Shown: positions 29,421-38,051, numbered from the stretch's first letter. The stretch is 64,000 bases of DNA from a virus (IMGVR_UViG_3300015606_001334:32001-96000); one strand, 5' to 3'. Made by a program: numbers and translations. The notes: generated from the sequence alone by a model not told the origin.

Positions 29421-29780
29421 TCATGATACAGTACCTCCTTCATCCGGTAGTTTTGGTGGATCAGTACGAATGCACTCATCCAAATTTATTTCGTGATTGA
29501 TACCTGGGAAAACCCATTTCATGAAATCGCAACCATATTTGATTGCGTCTTCCATTTTATCAAATTGTTGTCGCCCAAAAGGACGACCTGATCGAACGCT
29601 CGGCAGATCAATCATCAATTCGTAGTACGTAGAAAAGAAAAATTTTCTACGGCGTACGGTAAAGGCTAAGACATAGACGTTAAGTGTGCAATATGCCACA
29701 ATCTCAGGGATAAAACCTCCTCGGTCAGCAGGCATATTCTTGCCTTCTTCATAGAGATTTAATATCGCCAAACGGTCCAT
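29421..29780 (-). CDS. hypothetical protein
   Basis: ORF track. Confidence 0.6.
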   Translation of the reverse strand: MDRLAILNLYEEGKNMPADRGGFIPEIVAYCTLNVYVLAFTVRRRKFFFSTYYELMIDLPSVRSGRPFGRQQFDKMEDAIKYGCDFMKWVFPGINHEINLDECIRTDPPKLPDEGGTVS

Positions 29781-29792
29781 GTCTTATCCTAT

Positions 29793-29978
29793 TTACTTAT
29801 GTCGATTCTTGATCTTCTTCATCACTTCTTCGCCGATGCGCTGGGTAAGTTGTCGCTCGGTCATATGAGCACCTACACCAGCATCCATGATCGGTTCCAA
29901 AGGAATTGAGATTGTCATCGTCAGTTCAGGGGCAAACGTTGTCGGGTTTACCTCAAGTGTTGGATCAGAGATCCGCAT
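29793..29978 (-). CDS. hypothetical protein
   Basis: ORF track, TAATG coupling. Confidence 0.55.
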   Translation of the reverse strand: MRISDPTLEVNPTTFAPELTMTISIPLEPIMDAGVGAHMTERQLTQRIGEEVMKKIKNRHK

Positions 29979-30559
29979 TACAGTTCCAGCAAAGCGTAAC
30001 GCTTGCCAGAGATTTCCACGATGCCGTAGCTTTCGCCAGTCTTCGGATGTTCACTGAAACCTTGGAACTTCAGGTTCGGCACGAACTTGGCAGATTGGTC
30101 GAGAGCACGTTTGATCGTGTTCTTGGTCGGGACATCCCAACCTTTGGGTTTATTTACAACTACCGGCTGAGCAGTCAAACGCTGAGCATCAGACATCGCA
30201 GCAGTAGTCGCTGGCTTCGGATCGGGAGTCTTCGTCAAAGCAGACTTTTCAGCCTTACGAGCAGCCCGGAACTTTTCGCTGGTGTTGAAGTACTGGTCGT
30301 ACCAAACGGCGAACGGCATTTCTTCAGTATTGCCGACACCAGATTCAGGAATCATGACAACGACAGTGTCACCATACAACTTGAACAGAGACAGAGGTTT
30401 ACGCTCCATCTTCTCATGATGCTTCGTCTGCAAAGCCAAATGGCTCGCGAACGCGGAAAGAGACGACCAAATTTTGCCATTGGCTTTCCAACCAACAGTC
30501 TCGCCGCCAGTGGAATACAATTGGACACCAGTTCCATTTTTACGGATTCGATACAGCAT
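29978..30559 (-). CDS. hypothetical protein
   Basis: Start reassigned to MLYRIRK with AAAGGA SD. Confidence 0.65.
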   Translation of the reverse strand: MLYRIRKNGTGVQLYSTGGETVGWKANGKIWSSLSAFASHLALQTKHHEKMERKPLSLFKLYGDTVVVMIPESGVGNTEEMPFAVWYDQYFNTSEKFRAARKAEKSALTKTPDPKPATTAAMSDAQRLTAQPVVVNKPKGWDVPTKNTIKRALDQSAKFVPNLKFQGFSEHPKTGESYGIVEISGKRYALLEL

Positions 30560-30788
30560 TTTGTTTCCTTTCTTTTCGTTCACGTCGAATTTCTTTTGCG
30601 GTTTCAGTTGCTGCCACTTCACCGTATCCGTGCCATCTGCACGAATCTTGAATTTCTTCAGGCGAAAAGTCTTCGTAAGACTCGCAATCTCCTGATGCAA
30701 GATTCGGACACAGATAACCACAATTACCTGCAATCCCATAAGAATCGCAAATACTCATACCAACGGGGTAATGATCAGCTAGGCTCAT
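30540..30788 (-). CDS. small Cys-rich hypothetical protein
   Basis: ORF track. Confidence 0.5.
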   Translation of the reverse strand: MSLADHYPVGMSICDSYGIAGNCGYLCPNLASGDCESYEDFSPEEIQDSCRWHGYGEVAATETAKEIRRERKERKQNAVSNP

Positions 30789-30801
30789 GTAAGAATTATA
30801 A

Positions 30802-31329
30802 TCAGTAATTCTTGTATTGTAAACTGCCCTTTAGTTTTTTCTTCATTTCCAGCAAACCACCTTCAAAGCTATGTGTGAAATACACGTTATGGCTTTTGAA
30901 CGACTTATGCGCCAACGTCACCTTAACGTTTTGAGCTCTCGTGTATTTCGGATCGCAAGCAACAACTATCTGCTTTGATGACATTGGATTCCCTTGCAAA
31001 AGACCCAATTCGTACAAAGAGATTGGCGAAATCGTATCTGCTGCCAAGTGCATAAAGATGAAATGACATTTCGTGATTGAGTTCAATTCCCAATTGATTT
31101 GCTCAGCAATCAGAGCTTCATCGGGTGCAACTACTCTCCGTGGATTGTAGATACTAATGTCGAGGTCACGAAGTCGCCGAATAGCTTTTGCTTGCCAGTC
31201 TGGTGAATTGCCCATCTCAATCGTTCCAGCCAAGAAAATTGAAATGTCATCTTCTGAACCAATGTTTTCTGATTCAGGGGTAAACACCTTGGCTGGAAAT
31301 TTCGACTCAAGCAAAGCGTTGTATTTCAT
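30802..31329 (-). CDS. nucleoside 2-deoxyribosyltransferase-like protein
   Basis: IFLAGTIEMG..DWQ, YNPRR, QINWE, ISLYELG. Confidence 0.8.
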   Translation of the reverse strand: MKYNALLESKFPAKVFTPESENIGSEDDISIFLAGTIEMGNSPDWQAKAIRRLRDLDISIYNPRRVVAPDEALIAEQINWELNSITKCHFIFMHLAADTISPISLYELGLLQGNPMSSKQIVVACDPKYTRAQNVKVTLAHKSFKSHNVYFTHSFEGGLLEMKKKLKGSLQYKNY

Positions 31330-31727
31330 AGCAGCTTCAATTCTTTCGTGAATGGGTCGATTCTTTCAGGATAGTCCGGCCCGATACCAATGCAGGTGAG
31401 AGTAGGAACTCCACCAAACTCGGTCAAACCGCTATCAATGATCTTTGACACTGGAATTCCAAAAGCCAAGACATCTTCGTAAAGGGCTTCAAGAGCCGCC
31501 TCAGAATCGATACCAACGCAGATCTTCTTGAATGGACCATTCAGCCAAGCGTCAAGAGCGGAACCGACTGGAATGGTCAGCTTACGACGCTCATAGAGCT
31601 CGGTATATTCGGACTCCATCATGTTGAGAATGACGGCCATCGAAGCATGAGATGCTTGGGCTGCCATTTTACCTTTGCGCATGTTCAGATCGGTGCGCAT
31701 CACGATTACTTGTTTTGGTTGGCTCAT
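31326..31727 (-). CDS. pth2: peptidyl-tRNA hydrolase Pth2
   Basis: KQVIVMRTDLNMRKGKMAAQASHAS, KKICV, DSGLTEF, TCIGIGP. Confidence 0.92.
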   Translation of the reverse strand: MSQPKQVIVMRTDLNMRKGKMAAQASHASMAVILNMMESEYTELYERRKLTIPVGSALDAWLNGPFKKICVGIDSEAALEALYEDVLAFGIPVSKIIDSGLTEFGGVPTLTCIGIGPDYPERIDPFTKELKLL

Positions 31728-31909
31728 CCTATTTCTACTCCTTGTTCTTCGAGGGCTTGTTCAAATGCAAATTTTGCGTCAATGAAGCGTTGTGCGGCCA
31801 AAACTAGGTCATCACAGTCTTCGACATCAATTGCACCTTCTGCGAACTCGTGGAGCTCATATGGAGCCCCTGAAAATTCTTCAACAAATTCTTCGATACT
31901 GTCTGCCAT
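31724..31909 (-). CDS. small acidic protein
   Basis: ORF track, SD AGGAG. Confidence 0.65.
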   Translation of the reverse strand: MADSIEEFVEEFSGAPYELHEFAEGAIDVEDCDDLVLAAQRFIDAKFAFEQALEEQGVEIG

Positions 31910-31920
31910 TTTTATTCTCC

Positions 31921-32376
31921 TTATATTTGGAAGTACTGGGGTTGAAATTTTGGTTCTTCGTAAATGATTGGTACTGAGAAAGTGGTAAGCGAAAATGCGT
32001 TCACATCCTTCTGTGATTCCAATAGGGTCTTCTCAATAAAGTCTCTTACACCTTTGATGTGTATCACTTCATCCAAAGTGTAATCTTCGATGTCATAACC
32101 TAGCATGGTAGTCAAAGAGTAAAACAGGTTTTGCGCAACTGATTCGATATCTCCATAGGTTTTTCCACCTAATTGGAAGATGATCTTTTTGAATTTTCGG
32201 TCGTTAACCCGCTCAACAATCTTAATTTCGTATTGAGAAACCTTCATACCATGGACAGGCTTGCAAGATTGCTGCGTGATAAAGAAATCGTAAATCCACC
32301 CAGTGTTATTCACAATGGTGTCTTGATCTAGATTCTCAATCTCATCATCAATCTTCGTTCTTGGTGCAGAAATCAT
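31921..32376 (-). CDS. hypothetical protein
   Basis: ORF track. Confidence 0.6.
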   Translation of the reverse strand: MISAPRTKIDDEIENLDQDTIVNNTGWIYDFFITQQSCKPVHGMKVSQYEIKIVERVNDRKFKKIIFQLGGKTYGDIESVAQNLFYSLTTMLGYDIEDYTLDEVIHIKGVRDFIEKTLLESQKDVNAFSLTTFSVPIIYEEPKFQPQYFQI

Positions 32377-32693
32377 GTATGCTCAATAATCTTGATAGGT
32401 GTAGCCTTTATGCCGTCAAAGCAAATTACGCAAGGTTCCGCTGGAAGTGGTTCACCATTTGCTCCATATCTGAAAATTACCATTTTGTAGGCCTTTGAAA
32501 TATCTCGGCATTTATTGATTGCATCAATTTCTGCGTGGAGAAATATTCCCTTTTCTTTGCCTACTCGCTTAGCGTGATGAGCCTGCCTTGGATGGGTCTT
32601 TACGTAGGAGTTCTTTCCTATACTGAGAATTCTTCCACGTTTATCGTAGATGATTGCGGTGAGGTCGTATTGTTTTCTTGTTTTTCTGCACAT
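32373..32693 (-). CDS. zinc-dependent cytidine/adenosine deaminase-fold protein
   Basis: HAE...PCxxC (HAEIDAI; PCVIC). Confidence 0.8.
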   Translation of the reverse strand: MCRKTRKQYDLTAIIYDKRGRILSIGKNSYVKTHPRQAHHAKRVGKEKGIFLHAEIDAINKCRDISKAYKMVIFRYGANGEPLPAEPCVICFDGIKATPIKIIEHT

Positions 32694-33127
32694 TCAAAGT
32701 CTAGCTTTGCTTCTTCTAATAGTTTTAGACCTGCTTTGAGGTTGAAGTTTTCGTCAATCGTAAGATCATCAATTCGTTCAATTAACACCTCAATAGCTTT
32801 CTCAATGAAGCTATTGGCTTGGGTGTCAGTAAAGTCATCAATGTTGACCATCATCTGACCGATGTCAAATTCTTCTCCAGGAACTTCCTTAAGGAAATAC
32901 CAAACCTTTATCCCTAGGATCTGGACAACTCCATCTTTTCCTATGATTGGATGGAACTTGAATCGTACTCCGTCGGAGTTAATGACAGTTCTCTTAAATA
33001 CTAGCATAGATGAAGAAAGGATTGCTAAGTCTTTAGGCAAAGTCATTGGTTGAACGCCAACAATCTCTTGCGCAATAATACCTGGCAAGATTCTCCGAAT
33101 CTTCGGTATCAAAATCGACGGATTCAC
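32618..33127 (-). CDS. hypothetical protein with gp23 (major capsid)-like N-terminal segment
   Basis: IRRILPGIIAQEIVGVQPM. Confidence 0.55.
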   Translation of the reverse strand: MNPSILIPKIRRILPGIIAQEIVGVQPMTLPKDLAILSSSMLVFKRTVINSDGVRFKFHPIIGKDGVVQILGIKVWYFLKEVPGEEFDIGQMMVNIDDFTDTQANSFIEKAIEVLIERIDDLTIDENFNLKAGLKLLEEAKLDFECAEKQENNTTSPQSSTINVEEFSV

Positions 33128-33348
33128 CGACGCTTCTTCCAATCGTAGTCAGGACCGGTCACATCAAACCCCTGCTTACCGACGCAGTCAGGATGTTCCA
33201 CCGACATTACGATGAAACCCACATTTTCTCCTGTGTACTTGCGTTGGCGAAGCGCTTCGGAAAACTTCAACGCGTCGGTCATTTTGTCAGTGTCAAACAA
33301 CTCGCTCTTTGGAACAGACTCTTCTGTCCAATAAATCATGTACATCAA
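33124..33348 (-). CDS. hypothetical protein
   Basis: ORF track, coupled. Confidence 0.65.
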   Translation of the reverse strand: MMYMIYWTEESVPKSELFDTDKMTDALKFSEALRQRKYTGENVGFIVMSVEHPDCVGKQGFDVTGPDYDWKKRR

Positions 33349-33851
33349 ATTTCCTCAACTTCTTCAATTTCGTATTGGTGATCGGTCATACTATACAAAT
33401 CGTACGCGATCGAATAGGTGTTACCAAGTTCTTCAGGATTGATCACGTCAAAAGCGTTAATGCTGACCAAGAATTGCTTCTCAGCTTGGATTTTCTTTTC
33501 GTGGTATGCGATGTGTCTGGCTGCGTTACGAGCGTTAACTTCTGCATTGAACTTCTTGATTGTTTCTCGTTCTACCCGCATCTCTTTGGTGATTAGCCGT
33601 TGATCGATACCAGCAGGCCACTTTGGGATGTCGACAGTCTTTTCTTGCGTGGAATTATCGAATGGATTTTCAGCATTCCACTTGGCCTCAAAAGCCTCGA
33701 GCTTACCACGAATTTCGTCAATGGCTTTCTGTTTTAGCTCTTTTTCTTCCTTCAGCAATTCGATCTTATGAAGATCCCTAGACACAACAACGTTAGAACG
33801 CCACGTATCTTCATAAGAGCCACCAAAAGCAACAAGAATAAAAGCCATCAC
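33345..33851 (-). CDS. hypothetical protein
   Basis: ORF track, SD GGAG. Confidence 0.7.
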   Translation of the reverse strand: MMAFILVAFGGSYEDTWRSNVVVSRDLHKIELLKEEKELKQKAIDEIRGKLEAFEAKWNAENPFDNSTQEKTVDIPKWPAGIDQRLITKEMRVERETIKKFNAEVNARNAARHIAYHEKKIQAEKQFLVSINAFDVINPEELGNTYSIAYDLYSMTDHQYEIEEVEEI

Positions 33852-33895
33852 ATCATCTCCAGAAGTTTGTGAAATTATATCATAGCTTCATGAAA

Positions 33896-33926
33896 AAGAA
33901 AATAGGGAGAAACAAATCTCCCTATT
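33896..33926 (-). terminator. intrinsic terminator after release factor gene
   Basis: AATAGGGAGA-loop-TCTCCCTATT followed by TTCTTTTT on the minus strand. Confidence 0.8.
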
Positions 33927-33930
33927 AATC

Positions 33931-34617
33931 TTACCAAAGTAAATCAAAGTTTCCTGCGAGGACCTTTGACGTCAAATGCTTCTTTCCTGTCTGATGATCT
34001 TGAACCACGTCATCTTGGAAACGATACGTTCTGATCTTATCTCCTCTCATTCCTGAACCAACTTGACCTTTACGATCAGCCATTGTGATTGAGTAATGCT
34101 CACTTTGGGCTGATGAGTCCAATCTCTTGTTGAGTTGGCTCATTGCTTCAGCTAAGGAGTTTTCACGGCTTCTACATTGGGCGGTCTCTACCAATCCTGT
34201 AGGAAGATGGGTAATTCTTGCTGAGTTCTGGTGCTTATTACGGTGTTGTCCACCGGCTCCAGTACCAGAGTACCATTCAATTTTGAAGTCTGATTCAGAC
34301 CGTTTGTGGAATTTCTCAGAACTCTTGTCGTTGCAATCAATGACTGCGACAGTTACGGTTGAGGTATGAACTCGACCTTTACGTTCTGTTGGTGGAACTC
34401 TCTGGATTCGATGTCCACCTGATTCATTTTTGAGTTGGTTGAAGAACTCTTTGCTACACTCTATTTCTAGAGTTGTTACGCCGGGTACCTCAACCTTTTT
34501 AGGATTGAGTCAACCGACGCGATTAAGGAACTTAGAGTAAGCTTGAGCAAGGTCCTTAACGAACAACTTGCTATCGTCACCGCCTTCAGCGGCTCTAATT
34601 TCGATCTTAATACGCAT
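33931..34617 (-). CDS. class I peptide chain release factor, RF1-like, lacking domain 1, with in-frame TGA at codon 36
   Basis: SD TAAGGAG; MRIKIEIRAAEGGDDSKLF...NRVG*LNP...ESGGHRIQRVPPTERKGRVHTSTVTV...GAGGQHRNK..SARITHLPTG...KIRTY; 229 codons in one frame. Confidence 0.85.
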
Positions 34618-34627
34618 GATTTTCTCC

Positions 34628-35236
34628 TTAAAACGTATTTAGTTTATCAAAGCTATCTGCAAACATTTCTAAGCAGATTAAGTTACTACCTTTTGGCTGA
34701 CCTGGTAATGAGTTATCGTACATTCCATAGAAATCATCAAGTTGTTCTATCAAAAATCCTGTAAAACTCTGGCCATCAAAAAACTTGGAAAGATCAAATT
34801 TAAATTTCTCTTTCGACCTAATGTTGAATCCTGCAATGTCATCCTTAAATCGAGGGTCGGCAACGATAGACCTTATGAAGTTTTGTCCATCTTTAAATAC
34901 CGCTCCACCAACGAAGACTGACTTCTTCATTGACATCTTAAACCAGTACAAGAAAATTTTTGCGATCTTTTGGTTTCTAAATTTTGGAGTAATTAAAATT
35001 TTCTCTAACGAAAGAATTTCGTCAACTTCTTTAAACTGCAAGAACCCCACAAATTCATCATCGATTGTAAACATTCCAACATTTGTCTTATCCGCTAGTA
35101 GAAGCTTAAATTTATTTCCTTCGATTTCTTGAATGAGCTTCCCATTAGATCGAAAATATTCTTCCACACCATCAAGTTCTTTTTGTGAATGATTTATTTC
35201 TGTATCAACTTTTAGGGCGAGCTCAGTTAGCTTCAT
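34628..35236 (-). CDS. GNAT-like protein
   Basis: 'ILITPKFRNQKIA' resembles acetyl-CoA-binding motif A. Confidence 0.5.
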   Translation of the reverse strand: MKLTELALKVDTEINHSQKELDGVEEYFRSNGKLIQEIEGNKFKLLLADKTNVGMFTIDDEFVGFLQFKEVDEILSLEKILITPKFRNQKIAKIFLYWFKMSMKKSVFVGGAVFKDGQNFIRSIVADPRFKDDIAGFNIRSKEKFKFDLSKFFDGQSFTGFLIEQLDDFYGMYDNSLPGQPKGSNLICLEMFADSFDKLNTF

Positions 35237-35637
35237 TTCTTGCTTCCTTCGAACCTGTTCAGATCGTACAAAGACGGTGAATGACCATGCTTGTCGACGT
35301 AAGGCATTATATCATCCAGAGAGAACTCTGAAACTGATACGTAGCCGTGCTGCTTTACTGGATCGAGTGTTACATCGTAGTAGGTGTCACCCTCTTTAAT
35401 CCAGGCGTGTTCAATCGGAATGCTATGAAGGAACACATATCCTAAGACGTACTTAGAATCCGGGTGTCCTGTCAGTGCTTTGAAGGCATTGTTGAAGCAT
35501 TGCTTCTTCTGAGCACCAGCCATCTTCTTGAACTTTACTTCTACTTCTTTTGGGTCGGTCTTGACGTGACGAATACCTTGTGTCACCATCTTGACCATAC
35601 CCAATTGATCATTCTCAAGTAGCTCGCTGGTTTTCAT
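35233..35637 (-). CDS. hypothetical protein (Cys-His, transglutaminase-like?)
   Basis: CFNNA...IEHAW...YDVT. Confidence 0.5.
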   Translation of the reverse strand: MKTSELLENDQLGMVKMVTQGIRHVKTDPKEVEVKFKKMAGAQKKQCFNNAFKALTGHPDSKYVLGYVFLHSIPIEHAWIKEGDTYYDVTLDPVKQHGYVSVSEFSLDDIMPYVDKHGHSPSLYDLNRFEGSKK

Positions 35638-35972
35638 GCGAATTCCTGGTGGTCTAACTTAGCACGCAACGAAACTTGCTTGTTCTTGTTTGCTGGTTGT
35701 CCTGTACCGCTCTCATCATGAGAGAATACTCCGTAAAGGTAGACGATGTTCTTTTCTACCTTGTAGATGACGCTCACGTCAAACGAAAGTTTAGCATGCC
35801 AAAAGCCGGAAAAGTTGCCTGATCCGGTAAATGGATAATCGCTCGAACCGAACTTTTCAGTTGGATGATCTTTCTTCCAATTGACAAATTCTTTGAACTT
35901 CGCCTGTACTTGCTTGGTAGCTTTTCCGAATGTTTTGTCGAATAGCTTACATTTTTTAAACAGTGCTGTCAC
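35634..35972 (-). CDS. RelE/YafQ-like mRNA interferase
   Basis: GTG start; 'DYPFTGSGNFSGFWHAKLSFDVSVIYKVEKNIVYLYGVFSHDE' follows the YafQ pattern. Confidence 0.65.
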   Translation of the reverse strand: MTALFKKCKLFDKTFGKATKQVQAKFKEFVNWKKDHPTEKFGSSDYPFTGSGNFSGFWHAKLSFDVSVIYKVEKNIVYLYGVFSHDESGTGQPANKNKQVSLRAKLDHQEFA

Positions 35973-36126
35973 TTTCAAGAGCCTCAAAGAGCTCATCGGC
36001 AGTAAGAGCATTGGACCATTCACCGCTCTGATCTTGCTGAGCAAGTTCTTCCTTGAGGCCAGAAGCGTCAATACCAGCAACAAGCGTTTGCTCTTGCAGG
36101 AACTGATTGAGTGTAGTGTTAGCCAT
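35956..36126 (-). CDS. small acidic putative antitoxin (56 aa, not in ORF track)
   Basis: SD AAAGGAG; MANTTLNQFLQEQ...LTADELFEALESDSTV; overlaps toxin start; early promoter at 36157-36186. Confidence 0.6.
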   Translation of the reverse strand: MANTTLNQFLQEQTLVAGIDASGLKEELAQQDQSGEWSNALTADELFEALESDSTV

Positions 36127-36189
36127 GATGGACTCCTTTAGTTTACCGATAAGACGATTGTATAACAGAAATCGAATTAAGTAAACTAT

Positions 36190-36378
36190 TTATTCAGAGT
36201 CTGGATCAAATGCCTTCTGAAGATCCCTCTTTTCTTGGTTTCTTCGATGCCTGTTGCGATCTTTCTTGATCGCTCGTTTAGCCTCTCTCACGAGAAACTT
36301 AACATTAGATGGGATCGGCCCATCAAGTTCGTCTAGCTTTTCTTGGAAGTAGACATCATCCTTATTCTTCGGTTTCAT
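36190..36378 (-). CDS. hypothetical protein
   Basis: ORF track. Confidence 0.55.
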   Translation of the reverse strand: MKPKNKDDVYFQEKLDELDGPIPSNVKFLVREAKRAIKKDRNRHRRNQEKRDLQKAFDPDSE

Positions 36379-36503
36379 TTCCTTGACAATCGTTCTTCAT
36401 TTCTTGCCGAGCAGTCTTGCGATTGGCTCGGTCGACGGTTTTACGAGCGTTCCGCTTGGGATGAGACTTACCTGCGCAGCACCCAAAGCGGCATTCCAAT
36501 TTG

Positions 36504-36746
36504 TCACGACGACTGTGACCGTATGCTTTCATAATCTTCTCCCTTTCTTACTATTCGTGCGATAATCCGCGGATCGACCATGGTACATTTTGCTTCAATT
36601 TCGGCTACTCGACGTTTAGGAATGTCGTAGTGGTCATTGTGGAACCAACAACGCTTTATCCCGAGCTGCTGCGCCATTTCATGCAAGTTCTCTATCGAGT
36701 AGGGAACGCAAATCAGGTGGCGCATACCGTCAGTGAGAAACTCCAT
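36504..36746 (-). CDS. DUF4031-like protein
   Basis: LHEMAQQLGIKRCWF..DHYDI. Confidence 0.7.
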   Translation of the reverse strand: MEFLTDGMRHLICVPYSIENLHEMAQQLGIKRCWFHNDHYDIPKRRVAEIEAKCTMVDPRIIARIVRKGEDYESIRSQSS

Positions 36747-37108
36747 TAGTGGAGAACTCGACCTGCAGGAGCAGCGGTTTCTTCTTCACCAGTAAGAGCA
36801 GCAATGACTCCGCCTAAGGCGTTGGAAAGTTCTTGACGCTCCGCGACGAGGCGCTTTTCAACATCTTCCTTTGCGACGATGTCAACACGCTCCATATTAT
36901 GCGGTTCGCTAGTGAACTTCAAACCTTGAAAATCGGTTTCCTTGATGTCGAAGAACACCAAAGCAATCAGAGTATCGCCAAACTTTTCCTTCAGGAATTC
37001 GATACCCTTTTCACCGCGTGCAGGAACTTCAACAACATCAGCTTGGGTAAAGGGACCAACCAGAAGGGCGACTTCAGCGTAGGTACGGGTCTTCATCATG
37101 ATATGCAT
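36746..37108 (-). CDS. hypothetical protein
   Basis: SD AAGGAG; early promoter at 37131-37159. Confidence 0.7.
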   Translation of the reverse strand: MHIMMKTRTYAEVALLVGPFTQADVVEVPARGEKGIEFLKEKFGDTLIALVFFDIKETDFQGLKFTSEPHNMERVDIVAKEDVEKRLVAERQELSNALGGVIAALTGEEETAAPAGRVLH

Positions 37109-37176
37109 CTCCTTCGTTTGCTTGAAGAGAATTATATCATGATGACCAAAAAAGTAAACAACTTCGAAGTTACTTT

Positions 37177-37401
37177 TTAAACACCCTGTTCAACTTTCGC
37201 AGATTGGATAGCTTGCATGTGTTTGCGAATCCAACGCATGAACAACATTGCTTTGTCAGAGGAACAGAACTCTGCTTCACCAGTATCTGAGATTGGGACC
37301 GGGAAATCAAATCCACAGTCGGTAATATACCAAAGTTCACCATTCTTGTAATAGTTGAAGTGAACCATGCGGCCAGGTTTGACCATATCCTTAATGCTCA
37401 T
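37177..37401 (-). CDS. conserved small phage protein
   Basis: ELWY...FPVPISDTG...DKAMLFMRWIRK. Confidence 0.7.
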   Translation of the reverse strand: MSIKDMVKPGRMVHFNYYKNGELWYITDCGFDFPVPISDTGEAEFCSSDKAMLFMRWIRKHMQAIQSAKVEQGV

Positions 37402-37467
37402 TTTGAGACTCCTTAAGTTGGGCTTAGCTCTATCGAAATCAATCCACAGAGTAAGCGGTTAGAAAAA

Positions 37468-37542
37468 TGGAGACCGTAGAGGGAATCGAACCCTCGTTAT
37501 CGGATTTGCAATCCGGTGCACTAACCACTCTGCCATACGGTC
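37468..37542 (-). tRNA. tRNA-Cys(GCA)
   Basis: Cloverleaf, TTGCAAA loop, U73-CCA. Confidence 0.95.
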
Positions 37543-37585
37543 TGGCGTTCTTATTTAGAATCAACCAAATAGGAACAAAATTTAT

Positions 37586-37692
37586 TGGATAGCTTTATGA
37601 AGCTAATACGGTGCTTGAATCCGCGGTAACCCTACTCTTCCTGGGCCTTCATGACATCTGCCGGCTAGCATGTCACTCTTATCGGTTATCCA
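37586..37692 (-). ncRNA. candidate Y-RNA-like structured RNA
   Basis: Closing stem TGGATA/TATCCA; internal TGACAT/ATGTCA and TGAAG/CTTCA helices; T-loop-like GCGG-ATTCAAGCA-CCGT. Confidence 0.4.
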
Positions 37693-37710
37693 GTGTAGTT
37701 ACTATTAGCT

Positions 37711-37784
37711 TGGCAAGGGTGGAAGGTAATGCTCCTTCTTCCTCTGGTTCAAAGCCAGATACTTTACTTTTAAGCTACACCCCA
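37711..37784 (-). tRNA. tRNA-Gln(TTG), atypical D- and T-loops
   Basis: Anticodon loop CTTTGAA; D-loop lacks GG; T-loop AGCATTA; CCA. Confidence 0.8.
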
Positions 37785-37793
37785 ATTGTTCGC

Positions 37794-37920
37794 GGAGTTT
37801 TTGCAATCCTCATAGTTCGATAAGCTCAGAGGAAGACTGTAAATTCGTAAACCCAAACTCCCTAAGGCTTGTCGATCAATCATTCCGGCTTATCGTCCAG
37901 AACAAAGGACCTATACGAAT
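37794..37920 (-). ncRNA. candidate structured ncRNA with kissing loops
   Basis: Multiple complementary segments (see findings). Confidence 0.45.
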
Positions 37921-37974
37921 ATTCGACGGAATTATTTTTCGGTTCAATGCGCATTGACCGAGTTTGGTTCCGCC

Positions 37975-38051
37975 TGGTCTCGCTGGTAGGATTCGAACCT
38001 ACGAAATCCTGTTCCCAAAACAGGTGGTATAGACCACTAACCGACAGCGAG
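37975..38051 (-). tRNA. tRNA-Pro(TGG)
   Basis: Cloverleaf, TTTGGGA loop, CCA. Confidence 0.92.

Noticed and set aside
34500-34530. prfB-type +1 frameshift in the release factor gene
   Set aside because: The downstream homology is in the same frame and there is no CTT-TGA slippery site; read-through fits better.
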